From contig CAWIIB010000009.1 of assembly GCA_963836075.1 (NCBI GenBank), forward strand, positions 1,728,001 to 1,792,000: 64,000 bases of DNA. The letters are read 5' to 3'. Origin of the DNA: an uncultured Acidobacteriota bacterium. GTDB lineage: Bacteria > Acidobacteriota > JAQAZP01. The notes under the pieces were generated by a model. The model did not search any database and was not told the origin of the DNA. It was given only the letters and a program-made list of their open reading frames with translations. The position numbers and the translations under genes were made by a program. This document shows positions 10,444 through 20,310 of this stretch, piece after piece (within the stretch, counting starts at the first letter, position 1; every line of letters begins with the position of its first letter).

Positions 10444-11985
10444 ATGACCACAGAGGCCAACATCACCCGTCTCCTTAACCTGGGCAAGCGGGTCCTCTCC
10501 GAGTCCGACCTCGATCAGGTCCTGACCATCGCCATCGACGAGGCCATCGAGATCACCGGGGCCGAACGGGGGTTGATCATCCTTTTCGACGAGGACGGGG
10601 GGACGCTCTTCCAGACCGCGCGGAAGCTGAAGAAGGAGGACCTCGATCATCCCCGTTTCGAAGTGAGCCGGACCATCATCGAGAGGGTCAAGGCATCAGG
10701 AGAGACGATCTTCCTGGAGAACGCTCTCCAGGACCGGCCGTTGAAAAACAGCAAGAGCGCAAGCCGCCTGGGGATCCTTTCCGTGATCTGCCTCCCCCTG
10801 TACCGGGACGGTGAAATCTTCGGTGTGATTTACCTTGATATCCGGTCAATCGGCAGGGCGTTCGGTCGGGAGGACTGCCGTTTCGTGGAGATGTTCGCGG
10901 ACTTCTTCTCGCTGGCCGCGCACTCCGCCCTGGAGAGCAGGAAGCTGCAGAGCCGGGTCAGCGAGCTGGAGTCCGAACTGCGCAGCAAGTATGACTTCGA
11001 GGCGATCATCGGCCACGATCCCCGGATGATGAAGATCCTCGAGCTGGTGACCCGGATCGCCGACACCGACGCCACGATCCTGATCCGCGGGGCCAGCGGC
11101 ACCGGCAAGGAACTGATCGCCCAGGCGCTGCACACCCACAGCAGCCGCAAGGAGAAACCATTCGTTCCGGTGAACTGCGGCGCCCTGCCGGAAACGCTGA
11201 TCGAGTCCGAGCTGTTCGGCTACGTCGCGGGCGCGTTCACCGGCGCCGTGCGGGACAAGCCGGGCTGGTTCGAGCGGGCCGAGGGCGGATCGATCTTCCT
11301 CGACGAGATCAGCGAGCTGGCGCCGGAACTGCAGGTCCGGCTGCTCAGGATCCTGCAGACCGGGGAGTACAGCCGGTTGGGCAGCACGGAGATCCGCTAC
11401 TGCGACGTGCGCATCATTGCCGCCACCAATCGCGATCTGGCCGAGTTGATGAAGGGAGGGAAATTTCGCGAGGACCTGTTCTACCGTCTTAACGTGATCG
11501 ACATCGAGCTGCCTGCGCTGCACGAACGAAAGGGTGACATCATCGTCCTTGCCCGGCACTTCGTCGCGAGGTTCTGCCGGCAGCACTACAAGGAGGAGAT
11601 GCAGTTGTCACCCCGGGCCGAGTCCTGTCTGCTGGCATACGACTTTCCGGGCAACATCCGCGAACTGGAAAACATCATCCGCCGCGCCGTGGTGCTGGCT
11701 GAGGGAACCACCATCGAACCGCACCACTTCCCGGCGGGCGTCAGGGGTGAGACCGCCTCCGGCCGGTCCGCCGATCACCCGTCCAGTTTCAAGGTAGCAA
11801 AAGAGCGACTGATCGAGAGCTTCGAGCGCGACTTCATTGTCCACTGTCTCGACGTCGCCGGCGGCAACATCCGCCAGGCCGCCCGGGAGGCGGGCCTGCA
11901 CTACAAGAATTTTTACGAGAAAATGGTCAAGCGGGGAATCGATCCCCACGATTTCAAAAAGGCGGATGATCGGAAACTGAAATGA
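10444..11985 (+). CDS. sigma-54-dependent enhancer-binding protein (GAF-AAA+-Fis HTH)
   Basis: N-terminal GAF; GASGTGKE, ESELFG, GAFTGA, FLDEI, FREDLFYRLNV, PGNIREL. Confidence 0.93.
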   Translation: MTTEANITRLLNLGKRVLSESDLDQVLTIAIDEAIEITGAERGLIILFDEDGGTLFQTARKLKKEDLDHPRFEVSRTIIERVKASGETIFLENALQDRPLKNSKSASRLGILSVICLPLYRDGEIFGVIYLDIRSIGRAFGREDCRFVEMFADFFSLAAHSALESRKLQSRVSELESELRSKYDFEAIIGHDPRMMKILELVTRIADTDATILIRGASGTGKELIAQALHTHSSRKEKPFVPVNCGALPETLIESELFGYVAGAFTGAVRDKPGWFERAEGGSIFLDEISELAPELQVRLLRILQTGEYSRLGSTEIRYCDVRIIAATNRDLAELMKGGKFREDLFYRLNVIDIELPALHERKGDIIVLARHFVARFCRQHYKEEMQLSPRAESCLLAYDFPGNIRELENIIRRAVVLAEGTTIEPHHFPAGVRGETASGRSADHPSSFKVAKERLIESFERDFIVHCLDVAGGNIRQAAREAGLHYKNFYEKMVKRGIDPHDFKKADDRKLK

Positions 11986-12129
11986 TGGTTCATTTGCCAT
12001 AATTATGGCAGTGCGGTGATCATCCGCTGCCCGCGTCCAGACTGTCAGCGGCACCTCCCCACCCGTTCAATTCACTGAATAAACATCGCTTCCGATCCGC
12101 GAAAACAATCCCACCCTTCCGTCGCAAAC

Positions 12130-12145
12130 TGGCACGAAGTTTGAT
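12130..12145 (+). promoter_or_regulatory. putative sigma-54 (-24/-12) promoter
   Basis: TGGCACGAAGTTTGAT versus consensus TGGCAC-N5-TTGC; lies just downstream of the enhancer-binding protein gene. Confidence 0.6.
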
Positions 12146-12239
12146 CTTTACTGTTTCCGACATTCAGAAGAAACCGTCTCCACAACAGGTGATTGGCAGG
12201 CATTACGGGGCGGCAAAACCCTGTCCGCGAGGCTGCATC

Positions 12240-12674
12240 GTGAGCAAAGCGTGCATCCTGATTTCCGGGTCGGCAGTAGGCAAGGATAAGCAGTTGTATG
12301 CGGAACTCCAGCAGAGTGCGGAGGTCCTTCGAAATACGGACAACAGCAAGCTTCAGGCGATCCTCTCCAGCCGCAAACCCGACCTGGTGATCATCGAAAT
12401 CACCGGCATGGGGCATGAGGAGATGGAGCAGGTCCGGCTGGTCAGGAACCGATTCCCCGGATTGCCGGTCATTCTTGTCAATGGTGGTGGAGACCAGGAG
12501 TTGATTGTGGCCGCCTTCGCCTGCGGGGTGAAGGATGCCTTCCGGAAGCCGTACAAACGCTACCTGCTGGCCGAACGGGCCAACGCGCTGCTGCGGCGGT
12601 CTTCAAGGCAGGGAGGACCCGGAGATCGAATAACTGGTGGAGACCTTTCACCCGGCAAGGGACCGGCCGGCTGA
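12240..12674 (+). CDS. single-domain receiver-like protein (atypical)
   Basis: KPDLVIIEI...FPGLPVILV...AFACGVKDAFRKPY receiver pattern; Glu at the phosphoacceptor position. Confidence 0.7.
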   Translation: MSKACILISGSAVGKDKQLYAELQQSAEVLRNTDNSKLQAILSSRKPDLVIIEITGMGHEEMEQVRLVRNRFPGLPVILVNGGGDQELIVAAFACGVKDAFRKPYKRYLLAERANALLRRSSRQGGPGDRITGGDLSPGKGPAG

Positions 12675-12733
12675 AATAGCAATCGCGGTTCACCGGCGAA
12701 TCATTCGCCACAACCCCCAAAGGAGGGAGTGCC

Positions 12734-14527
12734 ATGAAACGTCTTCTGATTCTGCTTGTAATGTTCACCTTCGCGGCCATCGGCGCCGCGGACACCATCT
12801 ATGTCCCGGACGATCACGGGACGATTCAGGGGGCGATCGTTGCCGCCCTGGACGGGGACACGATCATCGTCCGCCCCGCAACCTACGAGGAGAACATCGA
12901 CTTCCTGGGCAAGGCCATCACCGTGAAGAGCGAGCTGGGACCGGAGCTGACGATCATCGATGGCAGCGATCCGGTGAACCCCGACTATGGAAGTGTCGTC
13001 ACTATGATGAGTGGCGAGGGTTTGGATTCGGTGCTTGACGGATTCACCCTCAGCTATGGGACCGGAAACTACTATCCGGATTCCGACGAGACTGCAGGCG
13101 GAGGAATTATGATCGAGCTCTCCTCCCCGACGATTATCAACAATATCATCAGCGAGAATACGGCGGACGGTGGCGCCGGAATAAATTGCTATGACAATTC
13201 TTCCCCCGTCATCTCCAACAACACTTTCACGGCCAACGCTGCCGGGGGTGGTGGGGGAGGGATCTTTTGCTGGGAAGGGTCTTCGCCGCTGATCACGGGC
13301 AACACCTTCACCGAAAACACGGGCCTCGAAAATGGTGGCGGGGCGATTGGCTGCTACCTTTTTTGCTCCCCGACGATCGCCAACAACGTCTTCACACTAA
13401 ACGCCGCCACCGGAGAGTATTCCCTTGGGGGGGCGGTCGGTTGCATTGGCCAATGTGATCCGGTGATCAGTAACAACGTCTTCGACCTCAACTCCTCGCC
13501 AAACGAGGGCGGTGCGCTCGCCTTCTTGACGGCCTGCGATCCGACCATCGAGAACAACATCATCACCAACAACTCGGCAGGCGACGCTGGCGGCGGAATG
13601 ACGTTCTGGACCGGATGTCATGCGACCATCACCAACAACCTGATCAGCGGCAACACATGTCAGGCAGTTATGGGTAGCGGCTGGGGTGGCGGTATTAACT
13701 CTTACAGCAGCATACTGACCCTGGCCAACAACACGATCACCGGGAATTCTGCCGAGCTAGTCGGCGGTGGGATTAGCCTCTTGTCGAATTCAGCCGCCAC
13801 CATCAGCAACACAATCCTTTGGGCCAATGATGCACCCGTAGGATCTGAGGGCTATGTTGGAGAACAAGACGAACTCACCATCAGCTTCTCCGACGTGTTT
13901 GGCGGACAGGACTCAATAAAACTTGATCCAGGCGCTACTCTCAACTGGGGCGCCGGGATGATCGACGCGGATCCGCTGTTTTATCTTCCAGCAGACGACG
14001 ACTACCACCTGCAGCAGGATCCCTGTCAGCCGGGGGTGGTCAACCCCTGCGTGGACGCGGGGAATCCGTTCAGTCCGATGATCGCGGGGACAACCCGCAG
14101 CGACTGCGGTCCCGATGTGGACCCCGTGGACATGGGCTATCACTACGCCCTCCTCGATACGGTCTCGGCAGATCTCGGCTGCGTTCCCGATTCTGGCGTG
14201 CTGCCCTTTGCCGTCCAGCTCAGCGTGACCCTGGGCAACGTCGTCGACTACGACCGAACAATCGCCGGACGGATCAACCTGACCCTGGCCGGCGGTGCGA
14301 CCTACCAGAGCTGGCGGGCGGGATACACCAACCTCGGACCGAACGAAATGTTCGTCACCACCTGGATGCAGACGCTGCCGGCGCTGGGAAGCCTGGTGGG
14401 GGGCAATGTCTTCGTACTTCACGCCGAAGACGTGACGCCGCCGCCATTCAACCAGCCGCCATTCCCGCCGTCGGGCGACATCGACACGGCCAGCTGCACG
14501 GTGACGGGGGAGGCATCGACGAGATAG
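12734..14527 (+). CDS. secreted right-handed parallel beta-helix protein with conserved C-terminal module A
   Basis: Signal peptide; TIQGAI..A.DGDTI.V.P.TY.E start; repeated GGGI...P.I.NN.F..N turns; ADPLF...DYHL...PCVDAG; C-terminal module shared with genes at 27369 and 49770. Confidence 0.88.
   Translation: MKRLLILLVMFTFAAIGAADTIYVPDDHGTIQGAIVAALDGDTIIVRPATYEENIDFLGKAITVKSELGPELTIIDGSDPVNPDYGSVVTMMSGEGLDSVLDGFTLSYGTGNYYPDSDETAGGGIMIELSSPTIINNIISENTADGGAGINCYDNSSPVISNNTFTANAAGGGGGGIFCWEGSSPLITGNTFTENTGLENGGGAIGCYLFCSPTIANNVFTLNAATGEYSLGGAVGCIGQCDPVISNNVFDLNSSPNEGGALAFLTACDPTIENNIITNNSAGDAGGGMTFWTGCHATITNNLISGNTCQAVMGSGWGGGINSYSSILTLANNTITGNSAELVGGGISLLSNSAATISNTILWANDAPVGSEGYVGEQDELTISFSDVFGGQDSIKLDPGATLNWGAGMIDADPLFYLPADDDYHLQQDPCQPGVVNPCVDAGNPFSPMIAGTTRSDCGPDVDPVDMGYHYALLDTVSADLGCVPDSGVLPFAVQLSVTLGNVVDYDRTIAGRINLTLAGGATYQSWRAGYTNLGPNEMFVTTWMQTLPALGSLVGGNVFVLHAEDVTPPPFNQPPFPPSGDIDTASCTVTGEASTR
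14156..14527 (+). repeat. C-terminal module A, copy 1
   Basis: ADLGCVPDSGVLPFAV...WRAGYTNL...WMQTLPALGSLVGGN...AEDVTPPPFNQPPFPPSGD...CTVTG. Confidence 0.85.
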
Positions 14528-14680
14528 TCACGGGCGCCACCGTGGCGGCGGGGAGGTTGTAAATCGAGTCCAGCTCTTATCACGGACATCTTTGGCGAAG
14601 GGAGGTGGAAATCCCTCGGATTGAAGAAAGCAGGCGCTTTGGGAGTTCAAATATCATCAACCCTTGGAGGAGGACCTATC

Positions 14681-15808
14681 ATGTATCGCTCAACTTTTAT
14701 CCTGGCTATTGCCGTCCTGTTCCTGACAGTGCTCTCGCCCTGTGTGTCGGCTGAGATCCCTGACGGGACACAGGAAGTGCTCGGAGAATCAGATGGCGCT
14801 CTGTACGCCCTCTATCACCCGCCCTCGTGGAACGGTGACCTGGTGCTCTACGCCCATGGACACGTGTATCTCGACCAGCCGATCCAATTGCCTCAAGGCT
14901 TTGCGCCGACCCGGGACGGTCTTCTGGAACTTGGATACGCTGTGGCCTATTCCAGCTTCTCGAAAAACGGGTGGGCGGTCAAGGAAGGATTCAAGGAGAC
15001 CCGTCAGCTGCGCACGATTTTTGCCGAATGGTTCCAGATGCCGAACAACATATACGTCATGGGGCACTCGATGGGCGGACTGATCGCCGTGATGCTGGCC
15101 GAGAAGCACCCCAGCCTCTTTGCCGGGGCCGTCCCCATGTGCGGTGTGATCGGTGGTTCACAGATGGGGATTGACTATAAGTATGATATCCGCGTGTTGT
15201 TTGACTACTTCTATCCGGATGTGCTGCCCGGCAACGCCCTGGAGGTTCCGGAAGACTTTGATTGCTATGACGGTACCGCGTTCTTTGTTGCAGTCTACAC
15301 CAACCCCGGAGCGCTCTACGAACTCGCTGGCATAGACCAGGTTGAGATCCCGTATGCCAGCTTCGATGAGCTGGTCTGGTCGGTCATGATGAATATTTGG
15401 GGTCACTGCATGGGCTGCAATGGATATCTGGAGCTGATGAACAATCACATCTTCTATGACAACTCGGCCACCTACTACACCGGCTCCATGGATGACGAGG
15501 CACTCAACGCCGGCGTGGACCGCTTCGAGGGACATCCCGCCGGGCACAATTATTTACGGCGCTATTACCAGCCGACCGGCAGGCTGAACATTCCGGCCCT
15601 CACCCTGCACACTTCGGGCGACGGTGTGGTGCACCCGACGCATCAGGCTGCGTACGCGGCAATCGTTGCCGCGCAGGACAATCTGGATCAACTCGTGCAG
15701 CGTGAGTTTGACCGCTTCGATCACTGCACTTTCACCACTGAGGAGGAGATCGAAGCTCTCCTGGACGTGGTTGACTGGGTGGAGACGGGGGTGCCGCCAA
15801 CGCCGTAG
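14681..15808 (+). CDS. secreted alpha/beta-fold hydrolase
   Basis: Signal peptide; YAHG, nucleophile GHSMG, GDGVV (Asp), DHC (His); GGAGG RBS. Confidence 0.85.
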   Translation: MYRSTFILAIAVLFLTVLSPCVSAEIPDGTQEVLGESDGALYALYHPPSWNGDLVLYAHGHVYLDQPIQLPQGFAPTRDGLLELGYAVAYSSFSKNGWAVKEGFKETRQLRTIFAEWFQMPNNIYVMGHSMGGLIAVMLAEKHPSLFAGAVPMCGVIGGSQMGIDYKYDIRVLFDYFYPDVLPGNALEVPEDFDCYDGTAFFVAVYTNPGALYELAGIDQVEIPYASFDELVWSVMMNIWGHCMGCNGYLELMNNHIFYDNSATYYTGSMDDEALNAGVDRFEGHPAGHNYLRRYYQPTGRLNIPALTLHTSGDGVVHPTHQAAYAAIVAAQDNLDQLVQREFDRFDHCTFTTEEEIEALLDVVDWVETGVPPTP

Positions 15809-15840
15809 GGACTGAATTCGGTGAGAAAAGGAGAGACCTC

Positions 15841-17497
15841 ATGAACACCACAAAGAAATTTGTCTATTTGAGCATTGTCGGCTTCACGGCCATGCTGCTC
15901 GTTTTTCCAGTGACCAACCCGGCCGTCGCGGTTGAGATCAACAAGGATTTCGTTCAGAACTGGAAAGTGCTTGTCAGGGGCTCTCCGATTCACGGAGCCA
16001 ATGGCCTCGCGTTCGATAGTCACGACAGACTGCATATCGCCAGTGCCATGGGCCGCGAGATCGTTGTGATGGACCCCGGCACAGGCAAGATTCTCTATCG
16101 ACTCGGTCCGGCGGATGGCGTCGAGTCCCCGGACGACGTCACTTTCGGCCCGCCGGGTTCGGTGTATCAGGACGAACTGTTCTGGACGTCGATATTCACC
16201 GGTGAGGTCGGTCGGCTGTCCCCGAACGGGACAAAGATCACCGCCGGTCAGCTCTTTCCGGGGGTGAACCCGATCACCTTTTCCGACGACCTCCGGCTGT
16301 TCGCGGCGCACGACTTCTATGGGTTCGCCGGCCTGTACGAGATCGATCCGGACGGCACGCTTCCGCCGACCGAATTGGACCCCGACTTTTACAACCTCAA
16401 CGCGTTCGACTTCGGACCGGACGGCCTTCTTTATGGCCCGATCTTCCAGGAGAAAATTCTCAGAGTCGACGTCGATTCGGGTCCTCCGCCGCTTTGGTTC
16501 GAGGACGTCCTCAACCCGTTTGCCTCCGCTGCGGTGAAGTTCGACGCCGAGGGGTGCCTTCACGCACTCAATCTCGACCGGGTGGTGAGTATCGATCTGG
16601 GCACAGGTGCCGTCATGGTGGTTGCCGACGTCGGGCCGGGCCTCGACAACCTGGCGTTCGACTCGCAGGGGAATCTGTTCGTGTCAAGTTTCGTCAGCGG
16701 AACCATCTACCGTGTTCTTCCCAGCGGCGAGGTGCGCGAGATCAGCAAGGGAGGAATGATCGCGCCGGGTGGCGTCGCAGGTACTGCCTCGTCCTCTGGG
16801 CGGTGATTCCGTCTTCGTTGCGGACGTGTTTTCCGCGCGCGAGTTCAACGCGAAAACCGGACGGCCCGGGGCGTTTGCGGAGATGTTCGGCAGCGCTCTG
16901 ACCATCGCCCCGTATGGTGAGGGCCTGGTTCTCTCATCCTGGTTCACCAATTCGGTGGAGGTGCGGGACGGAGAGACGCTGGAGCTCATCTCTGGCCCGA
17001 ATCTCTTCTCTTTCCCGTTGAACGCTATTGCGTTTCAGGGTGACATGGCCGTGGCCGAGCTCGGCACCGGGAGCGTTGTCCGCGGCGATTACTCGCCAAT
17101 TGCCACCGGTCTTGCCGTGCCGACAGGCCTGGCAGCGACCGAGACCGACCTCTGGGTGGCCGACTGGGCGTTGGGGGCTGTATACCAGATTGTGGAAGAC
17201 GGCGTTCCGGTCACCCCCATCCTCGTTGCTTCAGGCCTGATGGCGCCCGAGGGGCTTGCCGTCAACACCGACGGCAGCCTGCTGGTAGTGGAATCCGGTG
17301 CCGGCCGTCTGTCGAGTATCGATCCTGCGACCGGTGCCGTGACGACGGTTGCCGAGGGGTTAGAAACTGGAGCGCCGGCGGCTCCAAATGCTCCTCCGAC
17401 CTGGTTTTTTAATGGCGTTGCAGTCGGGCCGTCGGGCCACATATATGTGACGGGTGACAGGGCAAACGAACTCTACCGTTTCAAACAACACCCGTAG
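15841..17497 (+). CDS. secreted SMP-30/gluconolactonase/NHL-like beta-propeller protein (frameshift near 16780)
   Basis: Signal peptide; repeated NGLAFD, PDDVTFGP, DNLAFD, PEGLAV blades; removing one G in gcaggta joins GGVA to VLPRPLGG. Confidence 0.8.
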
Positions 17498-17832
17498 CGT
17501 CCCGTCGCGCGTCGCGCACCACGCCTGCCCCGGCGTTCGAGCAGTATTGTCGGCGCCGGGGCAGCGATGCTTTTTTGTTCACATCCCGAAGCCCTGACGC
17601 CTGACAGAGGCCTTGGTTCCGGCAGACAGCGCTCCTGCCATTCATCTACATCGACGACGTTGGCCATTTCCAGGCCGGGGACGGTCACGACTCGGCACGG
17701 AGACACATCGACCTCTCAAATAAGCCTCATTCCCCTCTTGATAAAAAAACGCTAATATGGCAAAGTCACCTTACATGTTCCGGCGAGATCCGCAGAATGT
17801 CTCCCAGGAGACCGGAAGATCGGGTGGATCTG

Positions 17833-20304
17833 ATGCTCGGCCAGACCATCTCTCACTACAGGATTGTCGAAACCCTCGGCGAGGGCGGTATGGGCGTGGT
17901 CTACAAGGCCCAGGACCTGAAGCTCGACCGCCAGGTGGCCCTCAAGTTTCTTCCCACGCATCTCAGTTCGGATGAAGAGGTGAAGAAGCGGTTCATCCGC
18001 GAAGCCCGGGCCGCTTCGGCCCTGGACCACCCCAATGTTTGTCCAATACACGAGATCGACGAAACCGAAGACGGGCGGATGTTCATCGCCATGGCTTACT
18101 GTGAGGGCGAGTCGATCAGGCAGATGCTCTCCAGGGGCCCGCTGGAACCGGCGGCAGCCATGGATTACGCGCGGCAGGTGGCCGAGGGCCTGGCCCGGGC
18201 CCACGAAAAGGGGATCGTGCACCGGGACGTCAAGCCGGCCAACATCATCGTCTCCGGCGACGGCGTGGCCCGGATCGTCGACTTCGGCCTGGCCAAGCTT
18301 GCCGGGGAGAGCAGGGTGACCCGGACTGGCAGCACCCTGGGCACCGCGGCCTACCTCTCACCGGAGCAGGCCCGCGGAAGCGACGTGGACCAGCGAAGCG
18401 ACATCTGGTCGCTGGGCGTGGTGCTCTACGAGATGGCCACCGGGCAACTGCCCTTCAAGGGTGATCACGAGCATGCGGTGGTCCACTCGATCCTAAACGA
18501 TGACCCGTCATCGGCATCAGATATACGACCGGCAATTTCAGCGGAACTTGATGATGTGATCCACAGGGCGCTGCTCAAGGATTCCCTGGAGAGGTATCAG
18601 GACGCCGGGGAACTGGCGGCCGATCTGCGGCGGATCAAAGAGTGGGAATCGGGTGAGGCGGCCGCGCCTCCCGTGATCCGCAGCCCGCGAAAGGGCTACC
18701 GGAAACCGTGGGGCGAACAGCCGCGGATCCGGTCACCATGGGTAATGGTTCCGCTTGCCATTATCCTGCTCTCGGTGATTGCGCTCACCTCATACTTCGG
18801 CTTCGGTCGTCGAGGGGAACCGGCCGGGAGCGGTGGAAACGGAGGGCGGGCGTCATCGGCGGCAGCAGGGGCCGTAGCGGCAGTGGCAGGGGACTCGGTG
18901 CAGTGGGAGAACTCGATCGCGATCCTGCCCTTTAACGACGCCAGTCCGGATCGGGACCAGGAGCACTTCTGCCGCGGAATGGTGGAGGCGATCAGCGAGA
19001 AACTGGGCCGGGTCAGCAACCTGAAGGTCGTCTCGCCGCGGGTGACCATGAAATTCAGGGACGGCTCAACTTCGATCAGGGAGATCGGCAGGGAACTGGG
19101 TGTGAACACCGTGCTGGAGGGCAGCGTTCTCACCGACACGGCCAACATCCGCCTGGTGGTCCGCCTGGTGAACACGGCGGACGAGTCAACCATCTGGTCC
19201 GATACCTACACCCTTGAAGCAACAGACAGCTTTCAGGTCCAGGACGAGACATCGGTGACCATTGCCAGGGAAATGAAGTTCGCCCTGGATCCCAAACCGC
19301 ACCAGGCCTTCGAGGCCGGCTTGCCGGCCAACCCCGAGGCCTACGAATACTACTTGAGGGCCCGGCACTATATCAGCACGTACTACAATTCAGAGGACGA
19401 GCGGGACTACAACGCGGCGATCAGCATGCTGGACAAGGCGATGGAACTGGAGCCGGACTATGTGCTGGGCTACTGCGGTTACGCCATGGCCTGTTCGACG
19501 TATTGCGCCAACACCGGTGATCAAACCGATGAGATGTGGTCACAATTGACGCTCCATGCGGAAAAGGCCTACGAACTGAACCCGGACATAGCCCACTCGA
19601 ATGCACTGATGGGCTACATTCGCTGGAACGGGATGGATATCGACGGTGCCTATGGTTACCTCAAGAAAGCCGTGGACGCCGATCCGCTGCTCTTCGAATC
19701 CAACCATTTTTCGGGAATCCTCCTTTGGACCCTGGGGCTCAATCTGCAGGCGATACCGCACTTCAAGAAAGCCCTAAAGCAGGAACCGTTCAGCTACAAG
19801 GTCCAGCTCTTCCTCGCCGACAACTATGCCCGGATCGGCGACGAGGAGGGCTACTGGGAGCAGCTGCGGATCGCTGAAGAGATCGAGCCGGTCTCCGGCG
19901 ACCTGTTCATGCGCCAGGCCATCGGGTATGTCGAAAGGGGAGACTACGAAAAGGTGGAGGAAATCATCGCCCTGGCCCGCGAAAACGGCCTCGAAGGCTG
20001 GACAATCGGGGCGCAGGCGCTGATGTACGCGAAACAGGGTCGGCGGGAGGAAGCGCTCGCGCTGAATCAATCCTCCTTCGTCTATGCGCTGCTGGGAATG
20101 AACGATGAAGCGATCGAAGCGATCGAACAGATGGAACAATACAGGGGGGGATTTGGCTATGCTTACAGCCTGTTCGCCTCCTGGATGAGCCTGACCAACA
20201 GCCCCTTCTATGCCAACCTCCGTGACGATCCCCGCTTCCTGGAGATCGTCGTCCGGCAGCACGAAATCTACGATGAGCGGCTGAAGAAATACGGCGATCT
20301 CTAA
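17833..20304 (+). CDS. Hanks-type Ser/Thr protein kinase with TM segment, TolB-N-like domain and TPRs
   Basis: LGEGGMGVVY, VALK, HRDVKPAN, DFGLA, YLSPEQ, SDIWS; TM helix; SIAILPF..S TolB-like motif; TPRs; LRDDPRF. Confidence 0.92.
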   Translation: MLGQTISHYRIVETLGEGGMGVVYKAQDLKLDRQVALKFLPTHLSSDEEVKKRFIREARAASALDHPNVCPIHEIDETEDGRMFIAMAYCEGESIRQMLSRGPLEPAAAMDYARQVAEGLARAHEKGIVHRDVKPANIIVSGDGVARIVDFGLAKLAGESRVTRTGSTLGTAAYLSPEQARGSDVDQRSDIWSLGVVLYEMATGQLPFKGDHEHAVVHSILNDDPSSASDIRPAISAELDDVIHRALLKDSLERYQDAGELAADLRRIKEWESGEAAAPPVIRSPRKGYRKPWGEQPRIRSPWVMVPLAIILLSVIALTSYFGFGRRGEPAGSGGNGGRASSAAAGAVAAVAGDSVQWENSIAILPFNDASPDRDQEHFCRGMVEAISEKLGRVSNLKVVSPRVTMKFRDGSTSIREIGRELGVNTVLEGSVLTDTANIRLVVRLVNTADESTIWSDTYTLEATDSFQVQDETSVTIAREMKFALDPKPHQAFEAGLPANPEAYEYYLRARHYISTYYNSEDERDYNAAISMLDKAMELEPDYVLGYCGYAMACSTYCANTGDQTDEMWSQLTLHAEKAYELNPDIAHSNALMGYIRWNGMDIDGAYGYLKKAVDADPLLFESNHFSGILLWTLGLNLQAIPHFKKALKQEPFSYKVQLFLADNYARIGDEEGYWEQLRIAEEIEPVSGDLFMRQAIGYVERGDYEKVEEIIALARENGLEGWTIGAQALMYAKQGRREEALALNQSSFVYALLGMNDEAIEAIEQMEQYRGGFGYAYSLFASWMSLTNSPFYANLRDDPRFLEIVVRQHEIYDERLKKYGDL

Positions 20305-20310
20305 TGCTGC

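Noticed and set aside
14156-14527. Module A as a T9SS CTD, PEP-CTERM or dockerin
   Set aside because: It lacks the YPNP/G.Y...K motifs, the TM plus basic tail, and the duplicated Ca-binding loops of those families.
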